Below are positions 35,120-44,086 of a stretch of DNA of 64,000 bases, piece by piece (within the stretch, counting starts at the first letter, position 1; the number at the start of each line of letters is the position of its first letter). Position numbers and translations under genes: made by a program. Source of the stretch: an uncultured Anaerolineae bacterium. Lineage in GTDB: Bacteria > Chloroflexota > Anaerolineae > CG2-30-64-16. The stretch spans positions 1,316 to 65,315 of the forward strand of contig CAKZKT010000104.1 of the NCBI GenBank assembly GCA_937124585.1, read 5' to 3'. Under the pieces are notes generated by a model. That model saw only the letters and a program-made list of their open reading frames with translations, was not told the origin of the DNA and did no database searches.

Positions 35120-37678
35120 ATGACCCAACAACCATCCTACCTCAACCCATCCCTCCCTCTCGACGCGCGCGCCGACGATCTCGTCAGCCGCCTGACGCTG
35201 GAGGAGAAGATCGGTCAGATGCTCTATGACGCGCCCGCCATCGAGCGGCTGGGCATCCCGGAGTACAACTGGTGGAACGAATGCCTGCACGGCGTGGGCC
35301 GCGCAGGCATTGCCACCGTCTTCCCGCAGGCCATCGGCCTGGCCGCCACCTGGAACGATGATCTGGTGCGCCGCGTGGGCACTGCCATCTCCGACGAAGC
35401 GCGCGCCAAATACAACGATTGGCAGCATCGCGGCATCCGCCAGATCTACACCGGCCTGACTTTCTGGACGCCCAACATCAACATCTTTCGTGATCCGCGC
35501 TGGGGCCGCGGACAGGAGACCTACGGCGAGGACCCCTACCTGACGGCGCGCATGGGCGTGGCGCTCGTGCGTGGGCTGCAAGGAGATGACCCGCGTTATC
35601 TGAAAGTCGCCGCCTGCGCCAAGCACTACGCCGTCCACAGTGGCCCGGAGCCCGACCGCCACGGCTTCAACGCGGTCGTGGACGCGCGCGACCTGCGCGA
35701 GACCTACCTGCCCGCGTTCGAGGCGCTGGTGCGCGAAGCCAGGGTCGAAGCCGTGATGGGCGCATACAACCGCACCAATGGCGAGGCGTGTTGCGCCAGC
35801 CCCACCCTGCTGGAAAAGATCCTGCGGCAGGAGTGGGGCTTCGACGGCCACGTCGTCTCCGACTGCGGTGCGGTTGACGACATCTGGCGCCATCACGGCC
35901 TGGCGGCCAATCGCGAGGAAGCGGCCGCGCTGGCCGTCAAAGCCGGCTGCGAGCTCAACTGCGGCGAGACTTACGCCTCGCTGCTGATCGCCCATCACAA
36001 GGGGCTCATTGACGAGGCAACCCTCAATCGGGCCGTGTGGCGGCTCTTCCGCACGCGGCTCCGCCTGGGCATGTTCGACTCGCCGGAACGCGTCCCCTAC
36101 TCGGCCATCCCCTACGAGGTCGTGAACTGCCCGGCCCATCGCGAGTTGGCGCTCCAGGCCGCGCGGGAATCCATCGTGCTGCTCAAAAACGATGGCCTGC
36201 TGCCCCTGTCGAAGGAAATCGGCAGCATCGCCGTCATCGGCCCCAACGCCGACGACCTGATGGTGCTGCTGGGCAACTACAACGGCACCCCCGCCCAAGC
36301 AGTCACGCCGCTGGAGGGCATCCGCCGGGCGGTCTCCTCCAAGACGGCGGTCTATACGGCCAAAGGCTGTCCGATCGCCGACCGTGTGCCCAACCTGAGC
36401 ATCGTGCCGTCGGCCTGTCTGCGGCCGGCCAACGCCGACGGCCTCCAGCACGGCCTGACCGGCGAGTATTACCCGACCGCTCGCATCGAGGGCAGCCCTG
36501 CGTTCACCCGGCTCGATCCGACCGTGGACTTCATCTGGAAAAACACCACGCCGCTGGCCGGCGAGCGCGGCGACCACTTCGCCGTGCGCTGGTCGGGCTT
36601 CCTCGTGCCACCCACGAGCGGAACCTATCGCCTGGGCGTGAACGGCCACAGCGGCTACAAGCTCTATCTCGACGGCGCGCTGCTGGTGGAATATCATGGG
36701 ATGCACCACGCCCTGCGCCGGACGCAGGAAGTCGAACTGGAGGCCGGCCGGCTGTATCGCATCCAGCTCGATTATGTCAATGATGGCATTGATCCCTGGG
36801 CGCAGCTCGTATGGGCCGTGCCGGGCGTGGACGAGGCCGCCGCAGCGCTGGAGGTTGCGGCGAAGGCCGATGTCGTGGTCATGTGCCTGGGCCTGACACC
36901 GTATGTCGAGGGCGAGGAGATGCCGGTACAGGTGGAGGGCTTCCTCGGCGGCGACCGTACCGACATCGCCCTGCCGGCCGCACAGCAACGGCTGCTGGAA
37001 CGCGTCCACGGCCTGGGCAAGCCGATCGTGCTCGTGTTGCTCGGCGGCAGCGCCATCGCCGTGCCCTGGGCCGACGAACATGTGCCGGCGATCCTGCAGG
37101 CGTGGTATCCGGGCGAGGCGGGCGGCACGGCCCTGGCCGAAGTGCTGTTCGGCGACTACAACCCAGCCGGCCGGCTGCCGGTCACGGTCTATCGCTCGGT
37201 CGCCGACCTGCCGCCATTCACCGATTACGCCATGGCGAATCGTACCTATCGTTACTTCCGAGGCAAACCGCTCTACCCGTTCGGCCACGGGCTGAGCTAC
37301 ACGACCTTCGCATACGGCAATCTGCAACTAAGCAAGGCCACGATCTCCGCCGACGAACCGCTCACCGTCCAGGCCGATGTGACCAACACCGGCCAACGCG
37401 CCGGCGACGAGGTCGTCCAGCTCTATCTGAGCTATCCTGCCACCTCCCCGCGCAACCCGATCCGCCAGCTGCGCGGCTTCCGGCGCATCAGCCTGGCACC
37501 GGGCGAGACGAAGACGGTGCGCTTCACCCTGACGCCGCAGGATTTGGCGCTGGTGAACGACGCCGGCCAGCGGGTGGTGGAACCGGGTGAGTATCGCGTG
37601 AACATCGGCGGCCGCCAGCCATCCGGGGCTGACTCCCCAACCGATCTCGCGACAGGCACATTCCGCGTGAATTCTTAA
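35120..37678 (+). CDS. glycoside hydrolase family 3 beta-glucosidase (BglX-like) with an inserted PA14 domain
   Basis: LTLEEKIGQM..., GH3 N- and C-terminal domains, and a PA14 insertion (GLTGEYY....FTRLDPTVDF.W......GERGDHFAVRWSGFL.P..SGTY.L). Confidence 0.85.
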   Translation: MTQQPSYLNPSLPLDARADDLVSRLTLEEKIGQMLYDAPAIERLGIPEYNWWNECLHGVGRAGIATVFPQAIGLAATWNDDLVRRVGTAISDEARAKYNDWQHRGIRQIYTGLTFWTPNINIFRDPRWGRGQETYGEDPYLTARMGVALVRGLQGDDPRYLKVAACAKHYAVHSGPEPDRHGFNAVVDARDLRETYLPAFEALVREARVEAVMGAYNRTNGEACCASPTLLEKILRQEWGFDGHVVSDCGAVDDIWRHHGLAANREEAAALAVKAGCELNCGETYASLLIAHHKGLIDEATLNRAVWRLFRTRLRLGMFDSPERVPYSAIPYEVVNCPAHRELALQAARESIVLLKNDGLLPLSKEIGSIAVIGPNADDLMVLLGNYNGTPAQAVTPLEGIRRAVSSKTAVYTAKGCPIADRVPNLSIVPSACLRPANADGLQHGLTGEYYPTARIEGSPAFTRLDPTVDFIWKNTTPLAGERGDHFAVRWSGFLVPPTSGTYRLGVNGHSGYKLYLDGALLVEYHGMHHALRRTQEVELEAGRLYRIQLDYVNDGIDPWAQLVWAVPGVDEAAAALEVAAKADVVVMCLGLTPYVEGEEMPVQVEGFLGGDRTDIALPAAQQRLLERVHGLGKPIVLVLLGGSAIAVPWADEHVPAILQAWYPGEAGGTALAEVLFGDYNPAGRLPVTVYRSVADLPPFTDYAMANRTYRYFRGKPLYPFGHGLSYTTFAYGNLQLSKATISADEPLTVQADVTNTGQRAGDEVVQLYLSYPATSPRNPIRQLRGFRRISLAPGETKTVRFTLTPQDLALVNDAGQRVVEPGEYRVNIGGRQPSGADSPTDLATGTFRVNS

Positions 37679-37684
37679 GACACC

Positions 37685-37720
37685 CACGTGCCAGGCACGC
37701 TGCAAGATGCCTGGCACGTC
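37685..37720. repeat. GTGCCAGGCAC palindromic (REP-like) element
   Basis: CACGTGCCAGGCACG-CTGCAAGA-TGCCTGGCACGTC, between the GH3 stop and the AAC(2')-like gene. Confidence 0.55.
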
Positions 37721-37737
37721 TGGTAGAGATACAATCA

Positions 37738-38256
37738 ATGCAAATCGAGATCATTCCGCAAGCGTCGCTGGCCCAGGCGTTGTATGACGACATCGTCGCG
37801 CTCTGCACGCGCGCCTACGAGGAGGAGTTCGGCGAGATCCTGGCCCAGTTTGCCGATTCAACCCATGTCGTCGCCTATCTCAACGGCGAACTGGTCAGCC
37901 ATGCCCTCTGGATTCCGCGCACGCTGATTTACAATGGGACACCGCTGCGCAGCGCGTATGTCGAGGCGGTGGCGACCGAACCGCGCTATCAGGGACGCGG
38001 CTATGCTTCGGCCGTCCTCCGGGCGCTGGCAGGGGCGATCACGGACTATGACATCGCCGCGCTGTCGCCGTCCGATCCGGCCTTCTATGCGCGCCTGGGC
38101 TGGGAACGCTGGCGAGGACCGCTGGCCGTGCTGACCGACAAGGGCGTTGTGCCGACGCCGGACGAGGATGTGATGATCCTGCGCCTGCCCAAGACGCCGC
38201 CGCTCGACCTCCACGGCACGCTGGTGGCACCGTGGCGGCCCGGCGAAATCTGGTAG
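37738..38256 (+). CDS. aminoglycoside 2'-N-acetyltransferase AAC(2')-I family homolog (GNAT)
   Basis: 172 aa. Clear collinear similarity to AAC(2')-Ia/Ic: R.LIY.G..LR..YVEAV....YQGRGYASAVL.A.......Y.L.ALS.S....FY.RLGW..W.GP..VL.....V.TPD.D..I..LP......L.......WR.GE.W, including the conserved C-terminal W-R-x-G-[DE]-x-W. Confidence 0.7.
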   Translation: MQIEIIPQASLAQALYDDIVALCTRAYEEEFGEILAQFADSTHVVAYLNGELVSHALWIPRTLIYNGTPLRSAYVEAVATEPRYQGRGYASAVLRALAGAITDYDIAALSPSDPAFYARLGWERWRGPLAVLTDKGVVPTPDEDVMILRLPKTPPLDLHGTLVAPWRPGEIW

Positions 38257-38281
38257 CCGATGGATGCCCGCGACAAAGCAC

Positions 38282-40294
38282 ATGGAGTTTTCCATGACCA
38301 TCAACTGGCACGAACACGTCTTCTTCGGCATCCACTACGACCTGCACGCGAACGCGTCCGACACCGAGCTGGGCCGCGAGCTGACGGCCGAGCACCTGCG
38401 GGAGCGACTGCTGCGCGTGCGCCCCGATTGGATCCAGGCCGACTGCAAGGGACATCCAGGCTACACGAGCTGGCCCACCGCGGTCGGCTCAACCTCGCCG
38501 GGCGTGGTGAACGATGCGCTGCGCATCCACCGCGACGTGTCGCGAGCGCTGGGCATCAAGCTGGGGATGCATTACTCCGGCGTCTGGGATTCGCGCGCCA
38601 TCGAGCTGCATCCTGATTGGGCGCGGCGCGATCAGGCCGGCCAGCCCGACCCCAACATGACCTGCCGGTTGAGCGGCTATGATGCGGAGCTGATGATCCC
38701 GCAGATGTTGGAGGTCGTGGAGAAGTACGATGTGGACGGCTTCTGGGTGGACGGCGAGAACTGGGCTTCGAAGCCGTGTTGGTGCGATCGCTGCCGGGCA
38801 GAGTTCACGCGACGAACAGGGATTGAGGAGATTCCGCAGACCGCCGGCGACGCACATTGGGACGCGTGGCTGGCGTTTCACCGCGATCTGTTCGTGGAAC
38901 ACGTGACACGCTACGCCGACGCGATCCACGCCCGCAAGCCGACCTGCCTGGTGTGCAGCAACTGGATGTACACTGTCCGCCAGCCCGACCCGATCGTCGC
39001 GCCGGTGGACTATCTGAGCGGCGACTACGATTGGGCGTGGGGCGCGAACCGGGCGGCCGTCGAGGGCCGCGTGCTCGACGGCCGTGGCAAATCGTGGGAC
39101 CTGATGGCGTGGGGCTTCACCAAAACCGGCGCAATGGGCACCAACCCGCCGTGGGTGATGAAAACGGCCACGCATCTCTGCCAGGAATTGGCGGAGGTGA
39201 TCGCACTCGGCGGCGCAGTGATGGTCTACAACACGCCGCAGCGCACCGGCTGGCTGACCGGCTGGCATCAGGACCTGCTGGCTGAGGTCGCAGAGTGGTG
39301 TCGGGCGCGCCAGGAGGTCTGCTTTGGCATGCGCAGCGCGTCGCAGGCAGCCATCCTCCACCTTGCCGACCACTATTATTCGTGCAACCAGCCGCTCTTC
39401 AACTACGGCGAGGCAGTGCAGCCGGTAGAGGGCGCGTTGCACGCGCTGCTGGAGACGGGCCGCTCGACCGATATCCTGACCGAAGACGCCGCCCTGAGCC
39501 GGCTGGGCCACTACGCGCTCGTCGTCGTCCCCGAACAGACGCGGCTCTCCTCTGCCATCATCGCCGCGCTCGAGGCGTTCGCCCAGGCTGGCGGCCACGT
39601 GCTGATGAGCGGCAGCCACCTGGCCCACGAATGTCCGGCGCTCGTGGCTGCGACGCCCGCCGGCGCACCGATCACCGGCGAGACAACCTGCCTGCCGGTA
39701 CCTCTCCCCCACCCCCTCTCCTCGCAGGAGAGAGAGGCCACCGGGGTGAGGGCAGTGCCCGTCAGCGGGCCGTGGCAGCCGGTGCAGCCGCTGGCCGGCA
39801 CCGAGATCCTGGCCCGTCGTCTGGCGCAGCAGGAGCCGGAGAAAGACGCGACCGACCAGACGATTGTCACGCGCCGATCTGTGGGCAGGGGTTCGGTGAC
39901 CGCGATCCATGGCCCGATCTTCCGCGACTACTTCCTGGACCACTATCCGCTGCTGCGCCGGTTCATCGGCGGGCTGATCGAGGGCCTGGACATCCTCTGG
40001 GAAGTGACGGTCGAAGCGCCGCCCTGGTTGGAACTGATTGCCCGCCGCAAAGACGGCAAACTCGTCGTCAACCTGATTAACCGCGGCGCAGGCGAGGCGC
40101 TCTCGCCGAACCGCGTGATCGTGGAAGAGCTGCCGCCGGTCACGGATGTCGTGCTGCGCATCCGACGCACTCACGCGCCCGAATCGGTGGTAGTCGTGCC
40201 GGACAACACCACACCGTGGTGGGCCTGCGAAGGCGGAACATTGACGATCAAGATTCCGCGCGTGGCGATACACAGCGCGGTCGTCGTCGTGTAA
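38282..40294 (+). CDS. putative glycoside hydrolase (TIM-barrel, GH42/GHL-like with a Cys cluster) plus C-terminal beta domains
   Basis: ~670 aa. ..HYSGVWDSRA...HPDW..., DGFWVDGENWASKPCWCDRCR (C-x-C-x2-C as in the zinc sites of GH42-type galactosidases), and C-terminal beta-sandwich-like regions. The start (38282 or 38294) is uncertain. Confidence 0.45.
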   Translation: MEFSMTINWHEHVFFGIHYDLHANASDTELGRELTAEHLRERLLRVRPDWIQADCKGHPGYTSWPTAVGSTSPGVVNDALRIHRDVSRALGIKLGMHYSGVWDSRAIELHPDWARRDQAGQPDPNMTCRLSGYDAELMIPQMLEVVEKYDVDGFWVDGENWASKPCWCDRCRAEFTRRTGIEEIPQTAGDAHWDAWLAFHRDLFVEHVTRYADAIHARKPTCLVCSNWMYTVRQPDPIVAPVDYLSGDYDWAWGANRAAVEGRVLDGRGKSWDLMAWGFTKTGAMGTNPPWVMKTATHLCQELAEVIALGGAVMVYNTPQRTGWLTGWHQDLLAEVAEWCRARQEVCFGMRSASQAAILHLADHYYSCNQPLFNYGEAVQPVEGALHALLETGRSTDILTEDAALSRLGHYALVVVPEQTRLSSAIIAALEAFAQAGGHVLMSGSHLAHECPALVAATPAGAPITGETTCLPVPLPHPLSSQEREATGVRAVPVSGPWQPVQPLAGTEILARRLAQQEPEKDATDQTIVTRRSVGRGSVTAIHGPIFRDYFLDHYPLLRRFIGGLIEGLDILWEVTVEAPPWLELIARRKDGKLVVNLINRGAGEALSPNRVIVEELPPVTDVVLRIRRTHAPESVVVVPDNTTPWWACEGGTLTIKIPRVAIHSAVVVV

Positions 40295-40434
40295 CACGCG
40301 AAGTTCCCTGCGAATTGAACCGGGCACAGATAATTCACACACCAGCACAGCTTGATGAGTTTTATCATACCGGTCGGGCGGCAGGCGTGCTACGGTATGT
40401 TGCGTCGTTCCATTTCACGTCAGGAGCAGATCTC

Positions 40435-41172
40435 ATGTCGAGACCGATTGCACTGCAACTGTATTCCCTCCGCGAAGCCGCGGCCAAAAACTTCGAAGCG
40501 GTCGTCCGCCAGGTAGCTGCGATGGGCTACGACGGCGCGGAGCCGGCGGGCTTCCCCGGCACCACCGCGCAGGCCGCAGGCAAGCTGTTCAAGGAGTTGG
40601 GGCTGCAGGTCCCGGCCGCGCACATCTTCCCGCCGCCGACCGGCGCCAAATCCGCCGAGGTCGCCGACACATTGGCGGCCATCGGCTGCCGACGTATCGT
40701 CACCGGCTTCGGCCGCGATAACTTCAAGACGCTCGACGAGACCAGGCGCAGTTGCGACATCTTCAACCAGGCTTATGCCGAGGCAAAGGCGCGTGGCCTG
40801 CGCCTGGCGATCCACAACCACTGGTGGGAATATCAGCTGGTCGAGGGGCAATACCCGTACCAAATCATGCTGAAGGAGCTCGATCCGGGCATCGAGCTGG
40901 AGATTGACACCTACTGGGTGAAGACCGGGGGCGTGGATCCGGTCGCAGCGATCCGGGAAGCCGGCCCACGCGCCACCCTGCTGCATATCAAGGACGGCCC
41001 GGCGACCACGACCGAGCCCATGGTAGCGGTCGGCGACGGGGTGATGGATTTCCCGGCCATCCTGCAGGCCGCCGATCATACCGAATGGCTGATCGTAGAG
41101 CTCGATCGCTGCGCGACCGACATGGCCGAAGCCGTGGCCAAGAGCCTCAGGTATCTGCGTCAGATCGCGTGA
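40435..41172 (+). CDS. sugar phosphate isomerase/epimerase (xylose-isomerase-like TIM barrel)
   Basis: AGGAG RBS then ATG at 40435. ...AMGYDGAEPAG... and ..IHNH..E... are metal-binding His/Glu typical of the AP-endonuclease-2/xylose-isomerase-like family. Confidence 0.7.
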   Translation: MSRPIALQLYSLREAAAKNFEAVVRQVAAMGYDGAEPAGFPGTTAQAAGKLFKELGLQVPAAHIFPPPTGAKSAEVADTLAAIGCRRIVTGFGRDNFKTLDETRRSCDIFNQAYAEAKARGLRLAIHNHWWEYQLVEGQYPYQIMLKELDPGIELEIDTYWVKTGGVDPVAAIREAGPRATLLHIKDGPATTTEPMVAVGDGVMDFPAILQAADHTEWLIVELDRCATDMAEAVAKSLRYLRQIA

Positions 41173-41294
41173 GCGAGGGGACAACCGAAACCCAACGCGG
41201 CCTTTATCAAATCTTTACAGCCATCTGCTATCTTCCGATCAGACAGGCGGGCGGCCTGAAAGATATCTACAGAGATCGGAGGTATGCAGAAGGC

Positions 41295-41825
41295 ATGAAG
41301 AAGAAGTGGTTTGCGGTTGTGGGCGCTTTGGCGCTCTTCGTACTGGTAGGCGCGGTGGTGGCGGGCACGGTATCCGCCCAGGCCCCGACGCCAACGCCGG
41401 CGCCGAACACTTTTCTGGGCAAATTGGGCCGCGGTTTGGGCTTCTGGGGCGGCCCGAACAGTGAGTTCGATGCCATCGCCAAGGCGCTGAATCTGACGCC
41501 GACGCAACTGTTCGAGCAACTGCACAGCGGCAAGACGCTGGAGGAGATCGCGCAGGCGCAGGGTGTAGATCTAACTAAAGTTCAGGAAGCGGTCAACGCC
41601 AGCCGGCTTCAGGCCATGAAGGATAGAATCGCGCAGGCTGTGAAGGATGGAAAGATGACCCAGGAGCAGGCCGACTGGCTCCTGCAAGGACTGGAGAAGG
41701 GCTACATGCCGGGCGGTCGCGGTGGTCGGTTCGGTGGGTTCATGGATCATGGTGGGATGCGTGGTTTTGGCGGCAAGGGTTTCCCGAAGACGCCGAGCAC
41801 CCCGACGCCGGGCACTTCCTCGTGA
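41295..41825 (+). CDS. small secreted protein with a Gly-rich C-terminus (hypothetical)
   Basis: GGAGG RBS. Signal peptide MKKKWFAVVGALALFVLVGAVVAGTVSAQA, a helical middle and a C-terminal GGRGGRFGGFMDHGGMRGFGGKG. It sits directly upstream of the two-component system. Confidence 0.55.
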   Translation: MKKKWFAVVGALALFVLVGAVVAGTVSAQAPTPTPAPNTFLGKLGRGLGFWGGPNSEFDAIAKALNLTPTQLFEQLHSGKTLEEIAQAQGVDLTKVQEAVNASRLQAMKDRIAQAVKDGKMTQEQADWLLQGLEKGYMPGGRGGRFGGFMDHGGMRGFGGKGFPKTPSTPTPGTSS

Positions 41826-41881
41826 TGCCGGCACGCTGAGAGCGCCGGCTCGAATTCGATTCAGGGCGCTCGTCTGATAAG

Positions 41882-41916
41882 GAGGGGGAACAAGAGCTAT
41901 GCTTTTGTTCCCCCTC
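41882..41916 (+). terminator. probable terminator hairpin after the small secreted protein gene
   Basis: GAGGGGGAACAA-GAGCTATGCTT-TTGTTCCCCCTC followed by TTGCGCTT, which is a weak U-tract. Confidence 0.45.
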
Positions 41917-41971
41917 TTGCGCTTCCCGTCAACTGCTCATGGGGCTGGACAGGAGGAGTAGCACAGCGGAG

Positions 41972-42670
41972 ATGAATCGCACCATCCTGGTTGTGGATGA
42001 CGACCACAAAATCGTAGATCTGGTGGCACTTTATCTCAAGCGAGACGGATACAATGTCCTGACCGCCTACGACGGCCAGGAGGCTTTGGACACGGCACGG
42101 CGCAAGCGGCCTGACCTCATCGTGCTCGACCTGCTCCTACCCGAACTGGACGGCGCGGACGTGTGCCGGCTTTTGCGCGCCGAATCGAACGTGCCGATCA
42201 TCATGTTGACCGCGCGCAGCACCGACGATGACAAGCTCCGCGGGCTTGATCTGGGCGCCGACGACTATGTGACCAAGCCGTTCAATCCGCGCGAGCTGAT
42301 GGCGCGCATCCGCGCCGTCTTACGTCGCGCGCATCCTCAGGAGGAGCCGACCGGCGACATGCATTTCGGCGACCTCACCATCAGCCTGCTGCGACACGAA
42401 GTGCTCCTCCGCGGCCAGTCCGTCTCGCTTACGCCGACCGAATTCCGCCTGCTCGAAACGCTGGCGCGCGAGCCCGGCCGGGCCTTTTCGCGCGCCGAAC
42501 TGTTGGATCGCGTCTTCGGCTATGACTACGTCGGCGTGGAACGCACGATTGACGTCCATGTGATGAACCTGCGGCGCAAGATCGAAGCGGAGCCAGGCCG
42601 GCCGCGCTACATCGGCACCGTGCCCGGCCTCGGCTATCGCTTCGAGGCGCGCGCCGATCGGGAGGCCTGA
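41972..42670 (+). CDS. OmpR-family two-component response regulator
   Basis: Receiver domain ILVVDDD...D..L. plus a winged-helix DNA-binding C-terminus (..LT..EF.LLE.L......SR..L...V.G). Confidence 0.85.
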   Translation: MNRTILVVDDDHKIVDLVALYLKRDGYNVLTAYDGQEALDTARRKRPDLIVLDLLLPELDGADVCRLLRAESNVPIIMLTARSTDDDKLRGLDLGADDYVTKPFNPRELMARIRAVLRRAHPQEEPTGDMHFGDLTISLLRHEVLLRGQSVSLTPTEFRLLETLAREPGRAFSRAELLDRVFGYDYVGVERTIDVHVMNLRRKIEAEPGRPRYIGTVPGLGYRFEARADREA

Positions 42671-44025
42671 TGGGACATAGCTTGCGCGTTCGCCTGCTCG
42701 GCGCGATCCTGCTGGCAGTGCTGATCGCGGTCGGCGTCACGGGGCTGGTCGCCAGCCAGCGGACCGCCGGCGAATTTCAGCGCTATGTTGCCGACCGCGG
42801 GGACATGCGCTATCGGCGCTTTGCCATGTTCCTCGGCCGGGCCTACGAACACGCGCAGCGCTGGGAAGATGTCCAGGCCGAGGTCGAGCGCGTGGCACAG
42901 ATGAGCGGCCAACGCGTCGTCATTGCCAGGGCGGACGGGCAAATCGTCAACGACTCCGAGCGCGCCCTGATCGGCCGCGCTGTCGGTGCGAGCTGGCAAC
43001 CGGCTGCGATTCTGACCGCGCGCGGCAACCCTGTCGGCTATCTCTACATAGACCCGAACACGGAACCGTCGGCTGCTGATGCGGCCTTTGTCACGGCCAT
43101 CAATCGCTCGGTCATCCTCGGCGCGCTGGTGGCCAGCGCGGCCGCGGTGCTGGCTACACTGGCGCTCTCCGATCGCATCGTGCGGCCGATCGCACACGTC
43201 ACCCAGGCCGCGGAACGCATGGCCAAAGGCGACCTCACGGTGCGCGTGCCGGTCGAATCCGCGGACGAGGTCGGCCATCTGGCCAGGGCGTTCAACGCCA
43301 TGGCCGACAGCCTGGCCCAACAGGAACAATTGCGCCGCAACATGGTCGGCGATGTCGCGCACGAGCTGCGCACCCCGTTGACCAACCTACGCGGCTACCT
43401 GGAGGCCGCGCGCGATGGACTGCTACCCACCGATGCCGCGCTGGTGAACAATTTGTACGAGGAAACGATGCTGCTCAGCCGACTGGTCGCCGATCTTCAG
43501 GAGCTGGCGCAAGCAGAGGCCGGCCAGTTGACCCTGGTGCGCCAGCCGACTGCGCTTCCTGTGCTCATCGGCCAGGCTGTAGCCGCTTTTCAGCCCCAAG
43601 CCGAAGCCAAGGGCCTGACCCTGCGCCAGGATGTGCCTGCCGACCTGCCGCCGGTGGACGTAGATCCGGAGCGAATAGGCCAGGTGTTGCGCAATCTGCT
43701 GAGCAACGCCATCGCCCACACTCTGGCAGGCGGCGACATCACCATCAGCGCGGCGCCAGCCGGCCGCTTTGTGGCCATCACGGTGCGCGATACCGGCACC
43801 GGCATCGGCCCGGCCGACCTCCCGCACGTCTTCGACCGCTTCTATCGCGCCGACAAGTCGCGCGCGCGGCAGACTGGCGGCGCCGGATTAGGCCTCGCCA
43901 TCGCCAAATACCTGGTCGAGGCACATGGCGGCACGATCTCGGTCGAGAGCGCGCCGGGTCAGGGCGCTGCATTCACCTTCACAGTGCCGCCGGCGACCGA
44001 GACCTATCCTCCGGCCCGATATTGA
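42670..44025 (+). CDS. sensor histidine kinase (TM, HAMP, HisKA, HATPase_c)
   Basis: Two TM segments with a periplasmic loop, a HAMP domain, the H-box HELRTPLTNLRGYLE and N/G boxes (..NLLSNAI.HT.....DTG.GI....GGAGLGLAI). Confidence 0.85.
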   Translation: MGHSLRVRLLGAILLAVLIAVGVTGLVASQRTAGEFQRYVADRGDMRYRRFAMFLGRAYEHAQRWEDVQAEVERVAQMSGQRVVIARADGQIVNDSERALIGRAVGASWQPAAILTARGNPVGYLYIDPNTEPSAADAAFVTAINRSVILGALVASAAAVLATLALSDRIVRPIAHVTQAAERMAKGDLTVRVPVESADEVGHLARAFNAMADSLAQQEQLRRNMVGDVAHELRTPLTNLRGYLEAARDGLLPTDAALVNNLYEETMLLSRLVADLQELAQAEAGQLTLVRQPTALPVLIGQAVAAFQPQAEAKGLTLRQDVPADLPPVDVDPERIGQVLRNLLSNAIAHTLAGGDITISAAPAGRFVAITVRDTGTGIGPADLPHVFDRFYRADKSRARQTGGAGLGLAIAKYLVEAHGGTISVESAPGQGAAFTFTVPPATETYPPARY

Positions 44026-44086
44026 CCGAAACGCAGAAATCGGGCACAATACGTTCCGTTGGGCTATTTTACCCCAAGGAACGGTC

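Noticed and set aside
34982-37327. 781-aa minus-strand ORF
   Set aside because: It is antisense to the clearly identified GH3 beta-glucosidase. Long antisense ORFs are expected in GC-rich coding DNA, and no motifs were found.
38489-40348. 619-aa minus-strand ORF
   Set aside because: It is antisense to the GH-like protein gene, with Arg/Ala/Gly-rich composition and no motifs.
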